Of a stretch of 26,022 nt of DNA, positions 21,065-26,022 are shown piece by piece; position 1 is the first letter of the stretch; every line of letters starts with the position of its first letter. The notes below the pieces were generated by a model. That model saw only the letters and a program-made list of their open reading frames with translations, had not been told where the DNA came from and searched no databases. The position numbers and the translations under genes are program-made. The DNA comes from Octopus sinensis (taxonomy: Eukaryota): assembly GCF_006345805.1 (NCBI RefSeq), contig NW_021832686.1:1-26022 (forward strand), written 5' to 3'.

Positions 21065-21775
21065 AAACTGGCATTTTATCTATCGAAACCGAAAGGAAGA
21101 CAATCAAAGTTACTCTCGGCAGGAATTGAACACAGAAAGCAAGGATATGCAATAAATGCCTTCTGGTATTTTGTTTCGTGTTCTTGCGGCAGTTGGGAAA
21201 TTTTCTCAACCCAGCAACTTAACCCGATGTTTACAACAGAAAGCTGCTTCTCTAAAATCACTAAAACCTTAAATGGGTATGTTAATACCAATTTATCGGA
21301 TAGAGTCTGTAATCAAAGAACACTGTATATATAGAAAAAGAGAAAGAGAGAAAGAAGAAGAATCACGTTATCATTGGTGGAACGCCTACGAAGGTAAATC
21401 TATTTATCGTTTGTTAACGAGGTAGGGTAGTACACGTTACATTTTACAGGTCTCCGAGAGAGGTAGATTGGGAAGAACGGGTGAAGAATTCTTCCATAAA
21501 CGTGACGGTTTCAGTATAATTCTCATTTAGGCCGCGATGAGATTTCCCTTTAGAACTCAAAGATCCGAAACAAATATTGCAAAATATCCTCTCCAATGCT
21601 CCAAAGATTCTTGTTCTCTATAGCCTTAAACTTGCATTTTATTTATCAATCTCGACAGGAAGACAAGGTAAGTTTTCCTCGGCGGGAGTCGAACACAGGA
21701 AGAAAGGATTTGCAATAAATACAGTGCAGCATTTTGTTTGATGCCCTGACTACTTCGTTAATTCGCTCAGCCTTG
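21065..21775 (-). mobile_element. Cluster of old, degenerate tRNA-SINE copies (about 21065-21190, 21520-21627, 21630-21775)
   Basis: TATCGAAACCGAAAGGA..CTCGGCAGGAATTGAACACAG and TATCAATCTCGACAGGA..CTCGGCGGGAGTCGAACACAG resemble the reverse complement of the 9692 family. Confidence 0.6.
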
Positions 21776-21969
21776 ACCTGAACTAAACAACAACAACATT
21801 CCTAACATTAACGCAAGTTGTAATAGACACAACAAGCATTACACCGAACTAAAAAAAATGCCTCTATAGATAGTAGGTGGATCTGCTAAATGTAGCAGTC
21901 AAATGTACGATAAAACACACTTTGTAGTCCTAAAGAAACACACTTAGGTTAGTGTGGTCCTACATACTG

Positions 21970-22179
21970 GTTTCAAATTCTGGTACAAGGCCAGCAATTT
22001 CGGGGGTGGTAGTAAGTCGATTACATCGACCGCAGTGTTCAGCTAATAATTATTTTGTGAAGCCCTAAAGGTCGAAAAGCCAAGTATACCTCGACGGAAT
22101 TTGAACTCAAAATATAAAGACGGACGAAATGCCTCTAAACATTTTAACCGGTGTGCTAACGATCTACCAGCTCACCGCC
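21970..22179 (-). mobile_element. tRNA-derived SINE (same family as 9692 and 10372)
   Basis: GTCGATTACATCGAC..GGAATTTGAACTCA..GCTAACGATCTACCAGCTCACCGCC. Confidence 0.85.
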
Positions 22180-22950
22180 TTAGTCGTACATATAATATTA
22201 CTAAAAATAAGAAGGGCTGGTATGGCTGAAACGCTGGAATTCGCTACTTTTTGCGTGTTCAAATGTTTTAGATCAAGGGTGTACCTTGAACTAAAAATTA
22301 AAACAGGAAAATCAACAAACCTATAACTATAGCACGCATACATGCTTATGACTGTGAATGAACGTCATCAGGGCCGGGTTTATAGGTATGTGGAGGAGGC
22401 AATTGCCTCGAGCATCTAATGATACTAGGGACACCCTGCTACTAAGGGCATGTAGCACTCAATACAGGGTGGACCTCACTTCCCAGCAATCAGGCATGAA
22501 GAGGTTCTCTTTCAATATACAAAGATATCTTCACTTATTAAGAAATATAATGGATTTTCTTTTATGATAAATGACTATAGATTTTACCACATTAGGGCCA
22601 TCAATACATTCAATTATAAAGCAGTTTACTACCCACTGCCAAAGCAGCTTACAATTCCCAAAGGAATTGTTGTTTTTCGGACAACGACAGAGAAAAGGGA
22701 AACTCTTGAAAATGTATATATACTTGTACGTATTACGTATGTAAGTATCTGTGTGTGTGTGTGTGTTTGTTTGTTTGTGTTTGTGTGTGTATGTGTGTGT
22801 GTGTATGTGTGTGTGTGTGCGTGCGTGTGTGTGTATGTTAGTATGAATTTATAAATAGATAAAGAGATTGAAAGGAGTTATTGCCTTTCAATCAGATTCT
22901 TTTAATGCATCGCTGAGCAATGACTTTGTGTTGACCGATTACAGTTAAAG

Positions 22951-22991
<41 letters not shown>

Positions 22992-23577
22992 TACACACAT
23001 TTCTACATCTAAACTTATTTCAGAGAGTCATTGAAGACTGGTCTTATTTTATGAAACAAGTAAAGAGTGAAATGTTCTAAAAGTTAAATTTCGAATTTAA
23101 TTTTAATTATAAAATATCATCTGTCGGCAGCTAAAATTATTCTTATTCGGTTTTAGAATTTTTGCATATACATTCAAATGCTTTTCATTAAATCAAGACA
23201 ATTTTCTTTTTTATTTTTCTTATATTTTTCGTCATTCTGTCATATACTTGAAATTAGTATATGGAAGTGAGGCAAAATTGGTAACTGGGTCAAAATGAAT
23301 AATTTCTGATTTCTTGTTATTTCCTACCTGTTTGAAATCATTACATTGCAATTATTGCATCCCCTTTTTGTACCATTCCATCATATTTGGAAGTAAAAAT
23401 TGTTCAGTGTAGTTTACGTAATAGTTGTTGAATTTGAGGGTTTAAAACATAGGTGACAGCTACATTTTTTATAAAGAAATTTTTCTTCAAATTTAACCCA
23501 ACTGTAATTGAGGCTGTTAATGAAATATCTAGATAATTTTTGGTGTTTAACCATCAATATTCCTTTCACTGTAGTTT

Positions 23578-24450
23578 TTAAAATTTTATTTAGTTTCAGC
23601 TCACAAGCTGTGGCCATGCTGGGGCACCGCCATTTGGTGTTGCTACGTGATTTTACTTCACGAATGCTTTTTAGCAAATGCCATCTGGTGCATGAGAGAG
23701 TTCGATGCAGATGCCCTCATCTGCACCTCCTGCCGTGAAGTTGGTTCATCTGGGACACCTGACAAGAAGAGATCCAGTTTCATTTCGAAGACATATGCAT
23801 CCACCCCATGCAGATCTCTTAGGTTCTTCGGGAGGATATTGAAGAGCTGTGGGCCTCGGAAGCCCAGGCTATCACAGTATCTTGTCCTACATCTTGATGG
23901 CAAATTTGGAGTCCTTGGTACTATGCAGTGGCGCCCAGTTCTGGCATTTGTGTAACTCTCGATGCCAAAGTTTGGGACAAGTCTTTCTAGAATCTTCCAG
24001 ATGTATATTATGGCATATCTTTCTCGCCTACGCTCTAAGGAATAGAGTCTTTCCCAATAGTTTATATGCTGCACAGAGGCTATTTTCTTCGTGTAGCTTC
24101 GTTGGATCGCCTCAAGTTCTGTGATTAACTTGACACTGGATGGTGACCATAGCTGAAAGCAATAGTCAAAGTGGCTTAGGACAAGTGTCCTCCAGAGGAC
24201 CATCATGGTTTCCTGGTCTCTTGTTCTAAAGGTTCTAAGAATCCATCCGGTCAGCCGCCTACATTTCATTGCCAATTTAGCAACATGCACATGAAAGGTT
24301 GCATCATCACTCATGTAAATACCCAGGTCTCGCACTGATTGTGCCTCTGGGATTGCAATCCCTCCAGGTCCAGTGTATTTATTGGGTATTGCATTTAGTT
24401 TTGCATGCTGATAGTATAAAGCTTGAAACTTTTCAGCATTGAACTGCATG
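23578..24450 (-). mobile_element. 5'-truncated CR1/L2-group LINE (RT thumb and C-terminal region, 3' UTR, A-rich tail)
   Basis: Contains the 263-codon open frame plus a 3' UTR shared with 1-209. No clear TSD. Confidence 0.9.
23658..24449 (-). pseudogene. C-terminal remnant of LINE ORF2 (reverse transcriptase protein, downstream of the YADD motif)
   Basis: MQFNAEKF, VRDLGIYMS, LVLSHFDYCFQLWSP, LEAIQR, YWERL-YSLERRR and LFNILP motifs of CR1/L2/Jockey-group ORF2. The endonuclease and RT core are absent. There is an apparent short in-frame deletion between ERL and YSL. Confidence 0.9.
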
Positions 24451-25769
24451 CTATATTTGATTCCACATCAAGGTTTTTTCCCAAGTAGTATCTAATTTGT
24501 CCGTCATTGTGTGTGCGAGTGTGTGTGTGTGTGTGCGTGTGCGCGCGCGTGCGAGCGCGCGCGCACAGGTGTCTTTGACACAGAAAGTGCCCTGGTGTTG
24601 TTAGAGTGTGCCATCCGGTGCATCTCTTGACTTTTTCCCACAACGTTTCCTCAAACCTAGCAGACCTAAAAGCGCAGTCCCCATAAAAACGTCATCTCAG
24701 GCGGATGCCTCCCCCTAGTTACTCTACTGAGGAAGCGTTTCGGATTTTGGCTTATTTTGGATTTCAGAATGACTGTATATTTTCATTTATAAAATAATTG
24801 TCAATTAATATTTCATTAAACATTTTGCATATGCCGTAAAGGTACTAATTTTCTTTCGACCTTCGCTTTCCCACCAAACAAATCCGCCTCTTGACTCACG
24901 TTTCAGCTGAAACCAAATACAAATGTACACGTCACTTTAGGTTTTTATGCTTTCATTTTATGTCCATCTGCAACAACCCTGCTACAAAAAAATAAAAAAA
25001 TAAAAAAATAAAACAACCTTTCAAACAAAATAGTAAAGATAAATGTTGAACTGGATTATACCTTTGTTAGATTTTCTATCTCTCTCCCTCTCATAGCATT
25101 ATTATTATCTATTTTTGCTTCAATTTTTTTGAGGTGGGGTAAGGAGTGGAAATAACATCTTAACATTTATATGGTTAAAAAGAAATGTTACTTGAACTAT
25201 ACGTCTTCCTATCAACTGTTAACCAATTATTCAGAAGTATTTTTGATTCTTTTGTCTTTGTTTCTATTTGTTTACTCCCAAGTCAGATATTAAAACCAAT
25301 TGCCGTCTTCTGAGCGATAAAAAATACTTCGAGTAAAGCCATTAAATTATTTACAAAGAGAAAAATGAGAGAGAGAGAGAGGGAGATACAGAGAGAGATA
25401 AAGAGAGAGGGGGAGAAATACAGCGAAAGAGTAAGAGGGTGAGAGAAACAGAACGAGAGAGATTGAAATTGTTTGCTCAAAACCCAAAGATCGCGCTTAA
25501 ATATTTATGGTTCAATTCAGTGACAAACACACCTTCACATTGTTCTTTCCCTCCGCTTGTTTCTGCGTCTCTCTTTTTCACTTTATTTTTCATTTGATTC
25601 TCTCTTTCTTCTCTCTCTTCAAAACAATTTATCACTCTCTCTCTCTCCTCTCTCACCACATCTCTATCTCCCTCACCCTCTGACTTCTATTTCTCATACT
25701 CCCTTCCACTCGCTTTCCCCCACATGTGTGCGAGCTTGCTTAAGTGTATGTGTATACACACATGTGTGA

Positions 25770-25771
25770 GA

Positions 25772-25805
<34 letters not shown>

Positions 25806-25973
25806 TCTCACACATGAATATATATATTGTGTGGTGGGTATATAATATATGTATAAATATATGTATATATATACATATATATATATATATAATATACATA
25901 TATATATATAATAATATATATAGATATATATATATACATATATATATATAATATATATAACATTATATATATA

Positions 25974-26022
<49 letters not shown>
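25770..26022. repeat. Interrupted (TA)n tract running to the window end
   Basis: Read directly from the sequence. Confidence 0.95.

Noticed and set aside
22369-22720. CAGGGCCGG hAT-like terminus
   Set aside because: No matching right TIR or TSD was found nearby.
23658-24449. 263-aa ORF as a host or domesticated gene
   Set aside because: It is a 5'-truncated LINE ORF2 piece. The Met is internal, the catalytic core is absent and the LINE 3' UTR follows directly.
24508-24566. (TG)n/(CG)n alternating tract as a Z-DNA element
   Set aside because: Such tracts occur elsewhere in the window (for example 7253-7309) and nothing marks this one as functional.

Overview
AT-rich eukaryotic non-genic (intergenic or intronic) DNA. 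It is most likely from an octopus or other coleoid cephalopod, inferred from the tRNA-derived SINE family (GGCGGCGAGCTGGCAGAA...) and the very high microsatellite load. I found no host protein-coding exon, rRNA, intact tRNA or CRISPR array. Most listed ORFs are translations of (TA)n/(CA)n/(GATA)n tracts. The window is a mosaic of mobile-element debris: two CR1/L2-group LINE 3' ends, two restriction-like-endonuclease (R4/Dong/NeSL-type) LINE 3' fragments, a Penelope-like GIY-YIG fragment, an RTE-like bipartite element, mariner and maT/Tc1 remnants, a mariner MITE, a hAT MITE with an 8-bp TSD, about ten tRNA-SINE copies (including a trimer inside one TSD) and two long inverted repeats. The most interesting signal is a set of type I hammerhead-ribozyme-like motifs: three near-complete (1733-1772 +, 5928-6033 -, 13168-13213 -) plus decayed ones. 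One appears to belong to a tRNA-headed, (AAT)n-linked SINE-like unit, possibly a Pol III retrozyme-like element mobilised by Penelope-like machinery. All calls are by eye and no database search was run.
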